Positions 47,635-60,800 of a stretch of DNA of 64,000 nucleotides are shown here, piece after piece. This DNA comes from Vezdaea acicularis. Its lineage: Eukaryota. The notes under the pieces were generated by a model. That model did not search any database. It was given only the letters and a program-made list of their open reading frames with translations, and had not been told where the DNA came from. A program made the position numbers and the translations under genes. Location of the stretch: the NCBI GenBank assembly GCA_026025075.1, contig JAPEUI010000005.1:186001-250000 (forward strand), written 5' to 3'. The stretch's first letter is position 1. The number at the start of each line of letters is the position of its first letter.

Positions 47635-49635
47635 AACCATGAGCGTTGCTTGCTTCTTCTGTCTCCCTTTGAATTCTTATAATTAAGCCTCCTGCGTGTC
47701 GCATGATGCAGTTGATCGCGAGATCATAGACTATGGTCAGAATATAAAATCTCTCCTTTCCTGCTCAAGTTCTCAGACGCGGGCTTTCCTATTGCAGATA
47801 TCACGCAAGCTGCTTCCATTGATGCCAACGCCGATATAGTGTTAGTGACATTGGGTTACAAGAACTATTCACGCAGAGTTCTGCGCGCAATGAGTACTTT
47901 CGGGCTGTGGATGTTCATTGGCTATTCGAGTAGTATAGTCTATTTAACGTCTAATACGTGGATCTTGAAGAGTGTCGCTAGCCCTTTGTTGTGTGATCTT
48001 ACTTGCTCACAAAACATAGGGGACAGCTCCTTCGCCAATATAGCAGTGCCATTCGGGCTATGTGTTACCTTCTATCAAGCTTCCTCATGATGATCAGGTC
48101 GGTCTCCAGCTACCAATAGAATCCCGCAGATCACGTCAATAGACTAAAATAGTATCATCCTCCTCTATGTCTTCTCGATTTTGTGTATATCACTCGTAAA
48201 TTGAGTTGGCTGAGAACCCCTGAAGGACTGGGTTAGTGTGTAACAAATATAATTGTGCATCCCTGCTTTCCGACCGGAGATCTGTACGTGCTATCCAGTT
48301 GTAGACATTCCAAACCCTTGGTCGCGAGTAATGCAAGCGTCTTCCAAACAAATCCATCAAGTAGGGTATACTACTGATCCACCATGCTCTTGGTGGAGAT
48401 ATATTAGGCAAATGAGTCATAGATAAATGTGATGGCTCGGTGTCGTAGGGAATCTTGAATGAAGAATGATAACTCTCATGAGAGCTGGAACTGTCCGACT
48501 TGAGAGTCACTACCTCCATCATTGTTCGGATGGACGGCTGATTCTAAGCGTTATTGCTGCAGAGTATGTGTCCAAATATTCCATTCCCTCGCCTCTAGCG
48601 CAGGTCAGACCATCTTGATTGCTGTTATGTGATGTTGAAGTGTCATCCCCTTAACAACCCCCTTGCAAAGCACTTGGCCTTTATCCTAACTATGCTTCGA
48701 TTAGAATCAGCTTAGTAACGTTAACTTCTATTCTTCCGCTTCTGAATGGCCTACAGACTGGGCCTACTTCGTCCGTCTGCTGCAAGTTGCGTGTACGTTG
48801 GTAGGGTTGGAATGGTTACTGCGACGTGTGAAGACGTGCAGGCACACCAAAAGGAGGTGCTAAAAGCAACGGTTCTGTCTGTCGCTGCTGTTGCTGCCCC
48901 TTGGCAAAGTATGTCAGATCACAGTTCTTTCGTAATTAGGATGTCCTTATGCTGCTGAGGGTTTACCAATAGACTGCCCATCGGAGTTGGTCCGAGACTA
49001 TCATCGACTCGTCTGTTAGGGGGCTAGCCTCATGCTTGGCGGCCTCTGCTTTGCTGGGGTTGGCGCGGTTACTGCGGCTTCACGCTCCACTGATGTCTTC
49101 GCCGTAGATGGCGCAATGCTGAGTCGATAGGCGATTCGATGATCCTGGTCGGGGGTCTAATATTGTCAACCTTGGTCGACTATCCCCTTGGGCTTAACTC
49201 ATTTGGGTCCGTGGTCGCACAGTTTCACATGTCTCGCTGGCATCTGCTGTCACCTGTCATGTGCTTCCACAATCCTGATCCCCGTTCCTTTCCGCAAAGC
49301 TGGAAAGAAGTCAAGACTCGAGCTTCTCTAGGCCAAGGCCGGATTCACAATCGGCCTCGTTAACATAACGTAGAATACCCTCCCATCATGCTTTGTAACG
49401 TGCCGTCCAGCAAGAACGTAACATCGCAGACCATTAACTAGGCGATGATTGTTTGCCGGCTCCACGCGTATTAGTGTGCTTTGGAACTTCAGTGGGGGTA
49501 GGAAAAAGCCTAAAGTCTCCTGATAGACGTAGGCGCCGATGACGCAAATCTTGTTGGGTCGTCCATGGCCACATAGGTACAAAGACAAAGCCAGCAGAAC
49601 CCTCGGACGAAACTCTAGTATCTACTATAATCCTT

Positions 49636-51720
49636 TTAAGTGCACTTCAGTCGACTTCTCCGAAGATCGCTTGTCTCCAGATCCTGTTTGTTCCCATAGT
49701 ACCTATTCGGCTCAACAGCAGTACCCCCTATCTCCGAGTCGTCGTGGTCAACGAAGGCCATTTCCAAATGATCGCTCACTGCCAATATGCGCACCCGTTG
49801 ACTAAACGTCTGTATCGTTGATATGCCGGCACATGTGTTACGCAAAGCCGAGGTCGGTGGCGAGTTCATAGCTAGTGCCGTGACCTCAGAGATCGTCTCC
49901 CAGCTATTCGAGCTCATGCGCGAGAAGCATATTATCCATATGCTGTGAGCGATGGCAAGGGCGCTGTAGGTAAGGAGAACAACTAATGAGGTGATTATAG
50001 CCGCTCCGTTTGTGCCATACGCGTAACCCCGGACAGTCACAGTCAGCTGTAACGGCATATATCCTTTTCGCAGCTCAGGATCGATTTCGTACGCATGTTG
50101 TCCGTACCCGAACACTTTGCCAGATGCTGGTAGGAACTGTTCTTCCCATACCAGTTCGGGTTTCAGGTCGCCTTGGATAGTCGAGTTATAGCCTACACGG
50201 CTAAGACCGTTTGTAATCATGAGCGCCAAAAGAGACTCGACGATCACAGGCGTAGCAACAGTGATGGGTTGGTTCGTCCCAATCCCTGCCTCGGCCGCGA
50301 GTGTGTTGAAGGTGGATTTATTCGTGGTCGGGTCGATGGGGTTGAGATATTGAGCCCAGTCTGGGCCGATAATCACCCTTTTGGAAGAATTGCCCCAGTC
50401 CAGAGTTGAATTATAGACATTCAAAGATGAGGCGACCATTCTTGGCCCAATTTCTGTACCTGAGGTTGTTGTGAGATTCATCCAGCGAGCATCCACGTTG
50501 CAAGCTATAAGATCTAATCCGCCGCGGCCAACGGGGATTGTTACCACGACACCAATCGAGGAGCTTTCGAACTGATCTCCAGGAAGTTCGATCCAGTTTA
50601 GAGCTAAGTCGGTCCTATTGAGTTCATTCTTTATCGACTCCTGAAGAGGATCACTGGTATACGGTACTAGGGTATCATCACCCCAAAGCGGAAAAGACGG
50701 CGTATCACGACCGTACGTAACATTACATTTGATTCGAGTAGCTGGCTGAATAGCTCCTATATTGTAGGTGGATGACTGTCGATATTGAAATCGGGTCTTG
50801 CCTAACTGGGTCACAGTCCAAGCAGCAACCGGCCAGAGCTCGCCACTTGCTGATATAGCATCTGCGATGACAGCTTGCGGCATTGTGGTCATAGTTGGCG
50901 AGATACTGTAGAGGTTTTGGTCGCTCGCACCGACTTGCAGCTCTAAAACACTGTCCTTTGCCGGTACACGGACGTATCTAGGTAACGCCCGCCACACACC
51001 CGGTTCAACTTCTAAGCCAGGCCAAAAAGTGGCATAGCCTTCGCCAAAAGCATCCCAGCCAGTGGATGGGCAAGCGTCGTTACTTCCGGCGGTTTGGCAC
51101 GCACCATCTAGTATATATGTCGAGTTCAGTTGTTGTGGCCACAGCTGGTCTATGGTAGTATTCAGCCATAGACTCGTACCGCCGGCCTTCCAATCATCCA
51201 GTTGCGGTTTCATAGCGGTGGCACTGGCCGGTCCAACGGTTACACCGAGGATAGCACACACAACAATCATCACCAGAAGAAACCATTTCTTCCGGAGGCT
51301 GTTGAAACGAGCGAGACATGTGCCAAGGAACTCCTTCGACCATAGCACGGATATATTGGTGATGGATAGGCCGATGGAAATCGATCCAAACGGAAGGCCA
51401 TGTCCAACGATCAGCTCTCTGCGCATGATGGAGAGTACTATTGCACTCAAAGATGCTAGCATGGTCAGTTCATGCAACTTCGCTGCGAACTGCAACAACA
51501 AAAACTTGACTGGATCTTGTCCTGTAGGTCCTGCAAGTTCTCCGCCGATGTATAGACCTCTTCCATTCAAGACCGCAAGAGAAAGAGACGCTAATACTGG
51601 TATGAGATGTATAAGCGTTGCAAGAGAAGCCGCTTGGATATCCTTCTGTACAGCAATCCTCTTTTTCTCTCGCGCGGGTCTACCTCGAATTTGAAGCCAG
51701 AGATTGTGAAGCGTTTGCAA
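49636..51720 (-). CDS. Uncharacterised fungal membrane protein (N-terminal TM bundle, large N-glycosylated extracytoplasmic domain, C-terminal TM); start unresolved
   Basis: The open frame is at least 694 codons. Motifs LQFAAKLHELTMLASLS, GLPFGS, VGPASATAMKP, C.VDARW, GYAYG and SWETISEVTALAMNSPP..L.NTCAGI. There is no in-frame ATG at the 5' end, so an upstream exon near 51.8-51.9 kb is likely. Confidence 0.75.
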   Translation of the reverse strand: MQTLHNLWLQIRGRPAREKKRIAVQKDIQAASLATLIHLIPVLASLSLAVLNGRGLYIGGELAGPTGQDPVKFLLLQFAAKLHELTMLASLSAIVLSIMRRELIVGHGLPFGSISIGLSITNISVLWSKEFLGTCLARFNSLRKKWFLLVMIVVCAILGVTVGPASATAMKPQLDDWKAGGTSLWLNTTIDQLWPQQLNSTYILDGACQTAGSNDACPSTGWDAFGEGYATFWPGLEVEPGVWRALPRYVRVPAKDSVLELQVGASDQNLYSISPTMTTMPQAVIADAISASGELWPVAAWTVTQLGKTRFQYRQSSTYNIGAIQPATRIKCNVTYGRDTPSFPLWGDDTLVPYTSDPLQESIKNELNRTDLALNWIELPGDQFESSSIGVVVTIPVGRGGLDLIACNVDARWMNLTTTSGTEIGPRMVASSLNVYNSTLDWGNSSKRVIIGPDWAQYLNPIDPTTNKSTFNTLAAEAGIGTNQPITVATPVIVESLLALMITNGLSRVGYNSTIQGDLKPELVWEEQFLPASGKVFGYGQHAYEIDPELRKGYMPLQLTVTVRGYAYGTNGAAIITSLVVLLTYSALAIAHSIWIICFSRMSSNSWETISEVTALAMNSPPTSALRNTCAGISTIQTFSQRVRILAVSDHLEMAFVDHDDSEIGGTAVEPNRYYGNKQDLETSDLRRSRLKCT

Positions 51721-53244
51721 GCCGACGGTTCGAAAAAAGCTCTCTGCTCTCGAGGAGTAAGAAGGAGCTATCCCGCTCCCTATTAGAGGAGTCTCATCTT
51801 CGCGATTATGGTCTCGAGGTCCTGGGCTGCGTTACGGCGGGCGTCAGCAAGTTTGGACAACCTACACTTCATAAAAGCGAAACGGATCTTCTCGGCGTGC
51901 GGATAGATGAGAGATAGGTTATATTCAGAAGAGAAGAAGAAGAATGACTGTACGTGGTTGGGAGTGTTTTGAGAGCCAGACCCTCCACCGGAGCCCCTTT
52001 TGGCCCATGCGACTTTGGAGAAGCAGATCCTCGAAAAGTCGTCATCTTTACGCGCGGATGGAACGCTTGGAACTGATCGAAAGTTGCTTTGCTGAGGCAA
52101 ATACTCTCTTTCCGCTCTGTAATGCTGACGGCTAAGGCTCAGCTATCAAGACCTCAATGCCATCCGAAGAGAAGCCGGCTTAAAGTACTACAGCCTCGTG
52201 AGAGCAGCGGCACAGACTGTTCGAACTCGCGGTACTTGCAGACCTTGCCAAACCACCGGGACGACAAGAGAAAGGTCCCTTGCCGCCAGTGATTATCGCA
52301 TTCATGCTGGCTCTGCAGGCATGGCATAGCAACGGGCACATCTTGCCCCGAGGCTCAGGTCTGGCGCCATCATGTCTCCTCAAGCCAGTCGATCTAGCCG
52401 CGGGGAACGGGATGAGCGGCAGACGGGTCAAGAAGGGGCTGGAAGGTTTCAAGGATGTCCCATATCGTAGCTGAACGCTGTTGCACAAGCCAGCCGCGCT
52501 TGTATGGTCATGCCGGGGGCCCATTGGACAAAGGTAACGGCGCGTAAAAAGAGGAGAGTAATCGGCAAAGGAGCGGAACGCGCAGGACTGAAGCTCGAAT
52601 TTCCTTCAGTCGCGGCGATTGGATGGGGTAACAGCGCGTATGCACGGCAAGACATCGGTAGGACAACGAATCGAGAGAAGCCTGGAGACCGAAATAAATT
52701 TCCTTCAAGTCAGCTGGAAAGCAGGTGTTAGGGGTCCAAGCACGACCAAGATTCATTTTCGAAGTGAGCCAAGCAATCAGAGGAGCTCACCAGTGCGGAC
52801 AAGAGATTCTCCTGATTCCAGTCAAGAGGAAAACCAGAATTCCATTTTAGAAATTAAATGGTATGAAAGCGCGCCTGGCTCGTGGTAATTCCAAAGAACG
52901 GAAAACACTAGTCCCGGGAAGCGGGAGCCGCCGAGGTCGCTAAGTTAGGCCTGCGCAAGTTCAGTGGCTCCTGCCGCGTTGGCCGCTTCGGAACCCGAAT
53001 AATATGTGCCCTAAAATGTTGGAATAACTATACTTCCTCTCCGACGGACTTGCGCCGATCAACATTTCCTCCATATATTTAGATATCTACACCATATGCT
53101 ATGCTATTACCCACTAGTATCCGATGAATTAGACTCCTACAATGTTTGCTGCGAATTGGCAGCCGCGAACTCTGAGGCGTCAATCTATACCAATCTATCG
53201 CAAAAAAATCTCGATATTGCTCACAACATAAGTCACTGCCTGAA

Positions 53245-54526
53245 ATGCTGCAGTTTCCACGCCGATACCGAGCATTTAGACGCTATTTTTTCCTACTTGC
53301 TTCAGTAGCCTTCCTCTTCTCACTGACCACCCTAGTGGTCCCATTCTGGGCCGCGTCGGGACCTGCGGCCCAAGACACTTCCGAAACCCCTCCTCCACCT
53401 ACGACTGAGCGGATATTTATCGCAAGCACGCACTGGAACAATGAAGAGATATTGCGAAGCCACTGGAACCTCATGGTCGTGAAGTTGGCGGAGGAGCTAG
53501 GGCCAGGACAGGTATACGTGTCCGTCTACGAGAGCGGGAGCTGGGATGATTCCAAGGGAGCGCTGAAGGAGCTTAAAGACGCTTTGGAACAGAAGAGCAT
53601 AGGCAATACCATGGTACTAGATAAGACGACCCATTTAGACGAGATGAACAAAGTCCCCGCGCCTGAAGGCTGGATTGACACACCGAAGGGAAAGAAAGAA
53701 CTCCGGCGCATACCATACCTCGCGAAGCTACGAAATCTGTCGTTGAAGCCGTTGAAGGAATTAGCCGCGAAGGACATCAAGTTCGATAAAATCTTGTTCC
53801 TCAACGATGTGGTATTCGCGGTATGTAGCACTCCTCAAACTCGCCTTGAGGCATCCCGGACTAACATGCAGATAGCCTCAGGACGTCCTCCGCCTCCTCG
53901 CCACACGCGATGGCTCCTACGCCGCAGCCTGTGCTCTAGACTTCGAGAATCCTCCCGCATACTACGACACCTTTGCCCTCCGCGACGACCATGGCTCGAA
54001 GGCCGTGTCGCAGGTATTCCCCTATTTCAGCTCCTCCACATCGCGGCAGGCCGCGATAGCCGACCAACCCATCCCAGTCCAGAGCTGTTGGAACGGCATG
54101 GCCATCTTCGACGCCTCCCCATTCTACGCCACGGAGAAACCCCTGCAATTCCGTGGCGTCTCGGATAGTTTGGCCAGGCATCACCTTGAGGGGAGTGAGT
54201 GCTGCCTCGTGCATTTCGATAATCCGCTCAGCAGGGAGAAGGGGGTGTGGCTCAATCCAAACGTCAGAGTGGCGTACAGCTCGGAAGCGTACGACGAGGT
54301 ACATTCTGGGAAGATGTGGCCGTCGATGAGGTTGCGCTGGGGTGGCATTTGGCGCAATCGCCTGACGAGATGGTTGAGATTCACCAAGGCGACGCTCGAG
54401 AGGTGGGTCGTAGCGTGGAGGGTCCGCGCTTGGAGGCGGGAGGCAAAGGGGAATGTAGAGCCCGGGGTGGCATGCTTGATCAACGAGATGCAAGTCCTCG
54501 TCGAGAACGGGTGGGCTCATGTCTAG
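53245..54526 (+). CDS. Glycosyltransferase family 69, CAP59/CMT1-like alpha-1,3-mannosyltransferase
   Basis: Exons 53245-53820 and 53876-54526 give 409 codons. Type II TM anchor. Motifs VSVYESGSWDDSK, RRIPYLAKLRN, LFLNDV, AACALDF, YYDTFALRD, VQSCWNG, SECCLVH and CLINEMQVL. Confidence 0.9.
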
Positions 54527-54625
54527 CGATACACCGAGCGGGATGATTTATGGTCGCCCTGGTAGCCTCTTGGATAAGTGACGATTTTCACCTCATACAT
54601 ATCTTGTCTAATGCTTTATTTTCCT

Positions 54626-55699
54626 CTACTTCCCACTCAGCCTAGAGAAAGCCCCCATAGCCTGCAACCCGCACGAAAAGGGCACAGCCCTCCTCTCCGC
54701 AGCCCTACACCTATACCTAGCCTTCCCCCTTCCCCTTCCCCCCTGCGCTACCCGCACAACCTCCGCCCTCCCTCCCCTCCCAACCCGATCCCGCAAGCGA
54801 TCAACCATAGACGGCCGGCCCTCCTCCTCATCCTCCAGGGGCCAATCCTCCGCGGCCCAATCCTTCAGAAAGCTAAGATCAATATCATATCTACTTGCCG
54901 CCAGCGTGAGGTCCGCTTGGATGTACTCGTCGATAGTGTCCGCGCAGTGACAGCTGTCTTTGCAGTATTGGAAGGTGTCGTCGTCGTAGAGGAGGGCGCG
55001 CCGGGCCAGGTCTAGGTCCCAGATGAGGCTGCGGCTAGTGAGGGAGTAGCCCTGGCCGCGCATAAAGGCTGGGTAAGAGGGTTAGGGGGTGCTTGAAGTG
55101 GGGGTTTGGGGAGAGGGTTTGGGGAGAGGGTTTGGGGAGAGGGTTACTTTTGTAGTAGCTACCTATGTCCAAGATTTCTGTTTGGCACTGAATGTGGGGA
55201 TAGATGTTAGGAGCTTGTGCTCTGAAGCGGTCGATATCGAAGGATTGGGCTGCCGTTGGGGTGTGGAAGAGGGACTTACAATACCGCCATAGTTTCCAAA
55301 ACTATCCGCCCAATTAGCAGAGGCTTCTCCCGAAATGTGGCAACCCTGTGCAGGATACTAGAAGGGAAGGGTCGAATTCATACATGTTACCCAAGCTACT
55401 GCACAAATTCTCAAGATCGGTGAAATTTTCTGGGCCCCTGGAAACTCGTGAGATCGGATTCCCATAATACTTTGGCTTGAATAAGCAGCACCCACTGACC
55501 AAGTTGGCGGAACGTTCACTTTGGTGTCCCCAATCTCGTACAGCTCATCTATGTCGCCGTAAGGTCCGTCTGGCAGAGGACCATAGCAAAAGACACGGTC
55601 GAGGTTATAGACTTCCGCCGTCGTGCATAAGAAGAGCATACACATGGCCACCAGCAATGATATCTTGACATGCAGAGCAGGCGCTGGTCGATTGACCAT
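54626..55699 (-). CDS. Small secreted Cys-rich protein (multi-exon, uncharacterised)
   Basis: Signal-like segment KISLLVAMCMLFLCTTA. The putative spliced product includes VFCYG...DLENLCSS..GNYGGI/CQ...YCKDSCHC. Donors GTATGA, GTAAGT and GTAACC have CTAAC/CTAAT branch sites; the first intron is less certain. Confidence 0.55.
55104..55145 (+). repeat. Short minisatellite (gggtttggggaga) x3, inside a predicted intron
   Basis: Direct reading: gggtttggggagagggtttggggagagggtttggggagagggtt. Confidence 0.8.
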
Positions 55700-56867
55700 T
55701 CTTGTACAAAGCGCAGAGATGTCGAATCATAGAAGCGTTCAAGGGAACGTATTGGAGGGTGATTCTAAATCAATCCATGAGTTTTGAGAACGGTCAGGAG
55801 CCGTTGGTGTTTTGTCGTGCCGCATACATACCTAGCGCCCCAAGAGATCCAAAGAGAAAATAAGTCCCCAAGGGCGATCGGTCTTAAATGTCAAGTTGGG
55901 CGTTGATCGCTTCATCTGAGCTTGGGGCACGTAGAGAACCACGCTCTCAACCGTCTAGCGATTGCCATGTCATAGTTATCGCGTAGACGAAGTCACTCAT
56001 TGACAATTATAGACAGACGAATTAGTCTCCGGTTGGAGCTGTGTAGAACTAGTTACGTGAAGATAATGGAATAACTTAGAGGGAAAGAATACCGTTTTGC
56101 TAAGCGGTCCTTGAGTAAGATAAGTTTTTTCAAGAGAATGACGATCAGCATGATAGGCGCCGTTTCAATTTGATTTGGGTACTTCAGTCTGACATGTTCC
56201 TACAGAAGGGGACCACGAGCCTTTGGTGAATAGTTCTGTATCCTATTTTTCACGTGCTTGTAACTTGATGAGCTCAGAGTTTTCATTGCGTGGCCCATCT
56301 CCAAAAAAGAATCGAGGTGGCTTCACATATAATGGAAAGCCATCTACACATGGAGAGAACGTCTATGAAGTATACAGCTACTTATATGATAAGAAGAGGG
56401 CCATATAACAAGAGGGTATACATTTAATGAGGGTTCCCTCATGAAACACCTTGTGGTCCATGTAGGGAGAGATCGTCCATGCAATGAAATATCGCCCGTA
56501 TGGGAAGAACTGTTGACTCCATGGCAGATGCTTGGTGTAACAGGAGACCGCTCATATAATCGGTTCTCAAACGACGCCTGCTCCAAACACCGGGCACCAA
56601 CGTTCATGTAGTGACATGATCTCCTACTTGTGATGGAAATCCAAGCTGAGTCAATTTACTCACGCTATACCGCGAGATCGGGTCAGTTCGAGTACCTCCA
56701 AAAGACCGTTTGAGGCTCGGTTGACGGCATATGGGATAAGGGTGATGGAACAAGAAGTCCAAACACAGCCGAAAAAAAGTAAATTCAAACCAAAAGCGAA
56801 GCGTAGAAAGTCCTCAGACGACATCGCAACAATGTTCGATAGATGTGAGATCCTTCGCTGTCGATCT

Positions 56868-57830
56868 TCATAGCTCTGGCTCGCTCAATATCCCCAGCTT
56901 AAGCTCTGGCCCTTCCCATACGAGACCCTCTGGCGCGCTGCAGCATGCCTCGCTGACATATGTTGTGTTGCAGGGGCAACCCATTAGCTCCCACTTGACT
57001 TCTTGCTCCTCTCTTTTGATCTTCCCCCCAAGAGAATTGATGACGGATCCTCCAGTACCAACCCCGCCAGCCAATAGGAGAAAAACACCCACTAAATTCG
57101 TGATATCTGACTTGAGGCAGATCCCCTTGTAGAAATGTTCCCCGGCACTAAAGGTCCTCACAGCTCTACACTCGCAACTGTTGCTAGAACAAGAGTTGTA
57201 GTTGCTGCAGGTGTCGCTGCATTGCTCGGCATTCTTATCTCTCTGGCGTTGTGACGTCGCTGTCGCTCTTCCACCTGCCGACCCTCCACTTGCTGACCCT
57301 CCACCTGCTGATCCTCCACTCGCTGACCCTCCACCTGCCGACGAGCTCCCCACATCTAAGCTCGACATAACATTGGCCAAACCATCCGCAGACCCAGTTG
57401 AGCTCAAAGCTTGATTGTCCCCCATGGAGTCGAATTGGGGACCCAGTGGAGGTGGAGGGATCTTCTTGACGAGAATCTCGCACTTGCAGGCCTCCTTGCA
57501 ACGGGATATGAAAGTTGGAGTTCGGAGTTCGTCGGTGCCGTACGGGGTATTGCACATAGGGTAGCCTTTACCCAGACAGATACAGCCTACGGTCGGGTAA
57601 TATGAGTTCAAGCCACAGAATTGTCTCATGCCACCGACGCCTTCAGGCCAGTCATTGAAGGAGTAACCCGCAGGCAAGTCACGGGGGCTGAACATCTGTT
57701 CCAGGGAGGCCCGGCAGACGAGTTCAACTGCCCCGCGAGGTTCTAAGGTTTTGCCAACAGGTTCCTGACCTGGTAAAGCAGCCGTGGGGCATAGAAAGGG
57801 GAGGAGAAGAGAAAACAGAAGGAAAGCCAT
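56868..57830 (-). CDS. Secreted Cys-rich protein with two Cys-rich modules, a Gly/Ser linker and a C-terminal CPCN-x-TYVS-xx-CC motif
   Basis: Single 320-aa ORF with signal peptide MAFLLFSLLLPFLCPTAA and an (SAGGG/SASGG)n linker. It ends GCPCNTTYVSEACCSAPEGLVWEGPELKLG. Confidence 0.8.
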   Translation of the reverse strand: MAFLLFSLLLPFLCPTAALPGQEPVGKTLEPRGAVELVCRASLEQMFSPRDLPAGYSFNDWPEGVGGMRQFCGLNSYYPTVGCICLGKGYPMCNTPYGTDELRTPTFISRCKEACKCEILVKKIPPPPLGPQFDSMGDNQALSSTGSADGLANVMSSLDVGSSSAGGGSASGGSAGGGSASGGSAGGRATATSQRQRDKNAEQCSDTCSNYNSCSSNSCECRAVRTFSAGEHFYKGICLKSDITNLVGVFLLLAGGVGTGGSVINSLGGKIKREEQEVKWELMGCPCNTTYVSEACCSAPEGLVWEGPELKLGILSEPEL

Positions 57831-60800
57831 GCTGATGGTCAGCTACCCAGACGAATGAGTGAAGAAGAAACAGAAGAATGGCAAGATATGGAAGCTGTGT
57901 ATGTAGGCCACCGGACGGCAGTATATCCAACCCAGGACTCGCGCGTCAAAAGTTTGCCTTCGATACGGCCATGGTAGCTTGACGGAAGAAATGGCTCACA
58001 ACGGTGAGTTTGAAACGTGAGCGAAAAAAAAGATATGGCCACATCTTTATTCGGTTCCGAGGGTCAGATCAGCTGGCTTCATGGCCGATTCGCCTAGTGA
58101 AATGGCATGATAATTGCGAATTCTGTCCGAGGTCAGAGTAATGTCTGGCATCTGGTCCCTTGCGACAGGGCAGGTCGCGTTGTGGTCCGTTTCCTGCAAA
58201 ATTATGAAGTCACTGCAGGCTAGCGAAGTGAGGACGAGCCGAATCACGTGCACCATATCTCTGCCTTTTGAGCATCGATATCTATTCTACTCCTATTTTA
58301 TAAACGATGTTTCTTGGACATGAGCGATGATCTGAGATAGATTTTGGCAAAATGCTCGTAATGTAATTAAGATTAATGCCATGCTTGGTGGCCGGATCAA
58401 GCATCAAGGGGACTCCCGATGCCGTGGGTTGGGTTTTGGGTGAGGAACGAGAGTTTTCACTGGAAAAATCAATTCGAAACGCATCCGCAAAGAATATTTA
58501 GGCAATCAAGCTTGAACAATTACCATGGCACAGGCGCTTGCATGTCCAAAAATCTCCGCTCGAAAGGGTTCCATAGATGAACATCTAGTTGAGTCCTGGC
58601 AGCCTCTCCTAAAGCACGGTCAAACCACGACACCCTCGTCTTGCTTTCACCCAACAGCCGATTCTCACTCGTCCTGCGGCAAGGAAAGTCGAAGTCAAGA
58701 CTGATCAACGCCGCCAACAAAGCCACGAGGCTCCAATTCTCCTATCCTTGCGCCCCTGGATGCACGATAGGCTGCATCACCACCTGCTTCTCGTGGTATC
58801 TCACTGTCTCAGCGCCGCGTCCTCGCAGATGACGCTCTGCATCGAGTCGGCGGACCAGTCAGAAGGGTTTCCCGCACGTGCCAATCCTCCACGACACCCT
58901 CCGTCGACCCAGGAACAGGGGTCTTCTTGACGAGAAGGAAGTAGATGCCTGTCCTCGCGAATCCCTCGACCAAGGAAGCTCCGCTTCAAGATCTGTAGGG
59001 TGCACGATTTGACTTCGCCGAGGAAGCAAGAGAACATTCTGGGCCGATAACGAAGCCATCGAAAATGGCCCCGCCCTCCCCTATCGAGCGGACGGGTAGC
59101 GGCAACGCTGCAGAATCTCGGTGGGCCACCCCAACAGCTGGGCGAACCAAAAGAGAGCGCGAGCTGGGAGCCTTTTCCGCAGATGCGTGTGCCCTAACGG
59201 AGCACGCATCATCGCGCGTCCTGCGGGCCAGAACTCTCATCCGAACCTGGCTCCGTGCAGCAGAATTCTCGATCGCTGGGTCTCTCTTCTAGCGTCCCTC
59301 CGACCTCAAAGGAGGCGGACAGCCAAAGTACCTACTTTGGGACGACTCATCGCCGAATCCGAACCAATTCTGTTTCCTGATTAGTGCCTCTCGCATGGGA
59401 CGAGGAGCGCCGGGCTAGATGCCACGATATTCCAAGCGGACGCCGCAGGGTCGAGAAGACCGAGAAGATTTGAATGGAACGGGGCGCTTCTAAGCGCCCA
59501 CCAATCGTCATGACCTTCCAAGCGCCTTCTCCGAGTATACAGTAGGGATGGGCGAACCCATGATTGTCGTCCCTTGCCAGGGACTCGGCAGACTTCATCC
59601 GCGGCCGATTGCATTCCCCCCATATCATCCCGTGTCAAGAAGGGGAGGGCACGAAACTGGAGCGAGCGATTAGTGTAGCTGCCTCGGAGCCCTTCGTATG
59701 AGACGTGGCGGCTTTCCACGATGCGCAGCTGCAAATTGCAAGACAGCCATATTCAATACATACGGTCTATGGTAGAGTATCCTTAACAGACTTATCCGTC
59801 CATCGGGTGCAACAGGGACGGACTGGAGGGTTTTTGCCCTAGGAATCTTCACGTCATGACTGGCCGAGAAGACAATGGAGGCGGACTTGTCTTCAACGGC
59901 GCCAGACTCCATCCTCGATCCCAGTTCATGGCTGGTCGCGATCTGGACCGCTTGACGCCTCGGCCGGAGATTTGCAGCCGCCACGACGGACGCTTATATC
60001 AGTAGTGCCAGTGCACGCAGCTTCTGCGAGACTTCAGATTCTGCAGCCAACACACTGAAGCGTTGGGTAAATCGACGATTGCACCCCACCGCACCGTCTC
60101 CCCGTGGCGGCGATGGCGTCGCGTTCGGTGCGAAGCAATTATCTTCGAAGCTAGGCAACAAGGGCCGAACCGGGCTTTTGCTCGATCGTGCCACGCGCCG
60201 AGGCGGACGCCCAATCCGAGCAAGGGAACGAGATCGGATCTTCGAGTGGCGAGGCCGTTGGCATCGCCCGGCTCGTTCAAACTTGCTCCCCCGTCCCGCT
60301 CTCCTCGGGAGATCATCTTGTCTTTGACTCTCCACCCCCACGTCGACCGAAAAGCCAAATGACCCTCCACGATGCGGATGACAGCGACTTGAAGGCCACT
60401 TGACCGAGGTGAAAACGTCGGTCGTCGGAGGGGTTCAGAGGTCGAAATACAAGTAGCAGCCCATTTTCCGCCACGGTCAAGCCGCCGGTGCGACCAGGTC
60501 TCACGACAAAGAAATTGCTTCCCTAGCCGACCTCACCATCGGTCGCCGGGATTATGCTTAACGCGCCGTGACCCCCTCTCGCCTGTCGCAAGACAAAGGC
60601 CTCGAACGGGCAGGTGTCGGTGAGGCCGCTCCCTTCGTTAGTCCCGACTCGACGCGGTCAAAGGGCCATGCTGGAGACAGCCAGAAGTGGGAAAAAGCAA
60701 GCACGCCCAGGGACTCGCCAATTTCATCTTCTCACGGTGGATGTTGTGTGAGAGCCCCCCCCATATGCTGTCGCGGGAAAAAAGGAAGCAGAATCGAGCC

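Noticed and set aside
55104..55145. Telomere-like G-rich repeat
   Set aside because: The unit is 13 bp (gggtttggggaga), not TTAGGG, has only three copies, and lies in a predicted intron.
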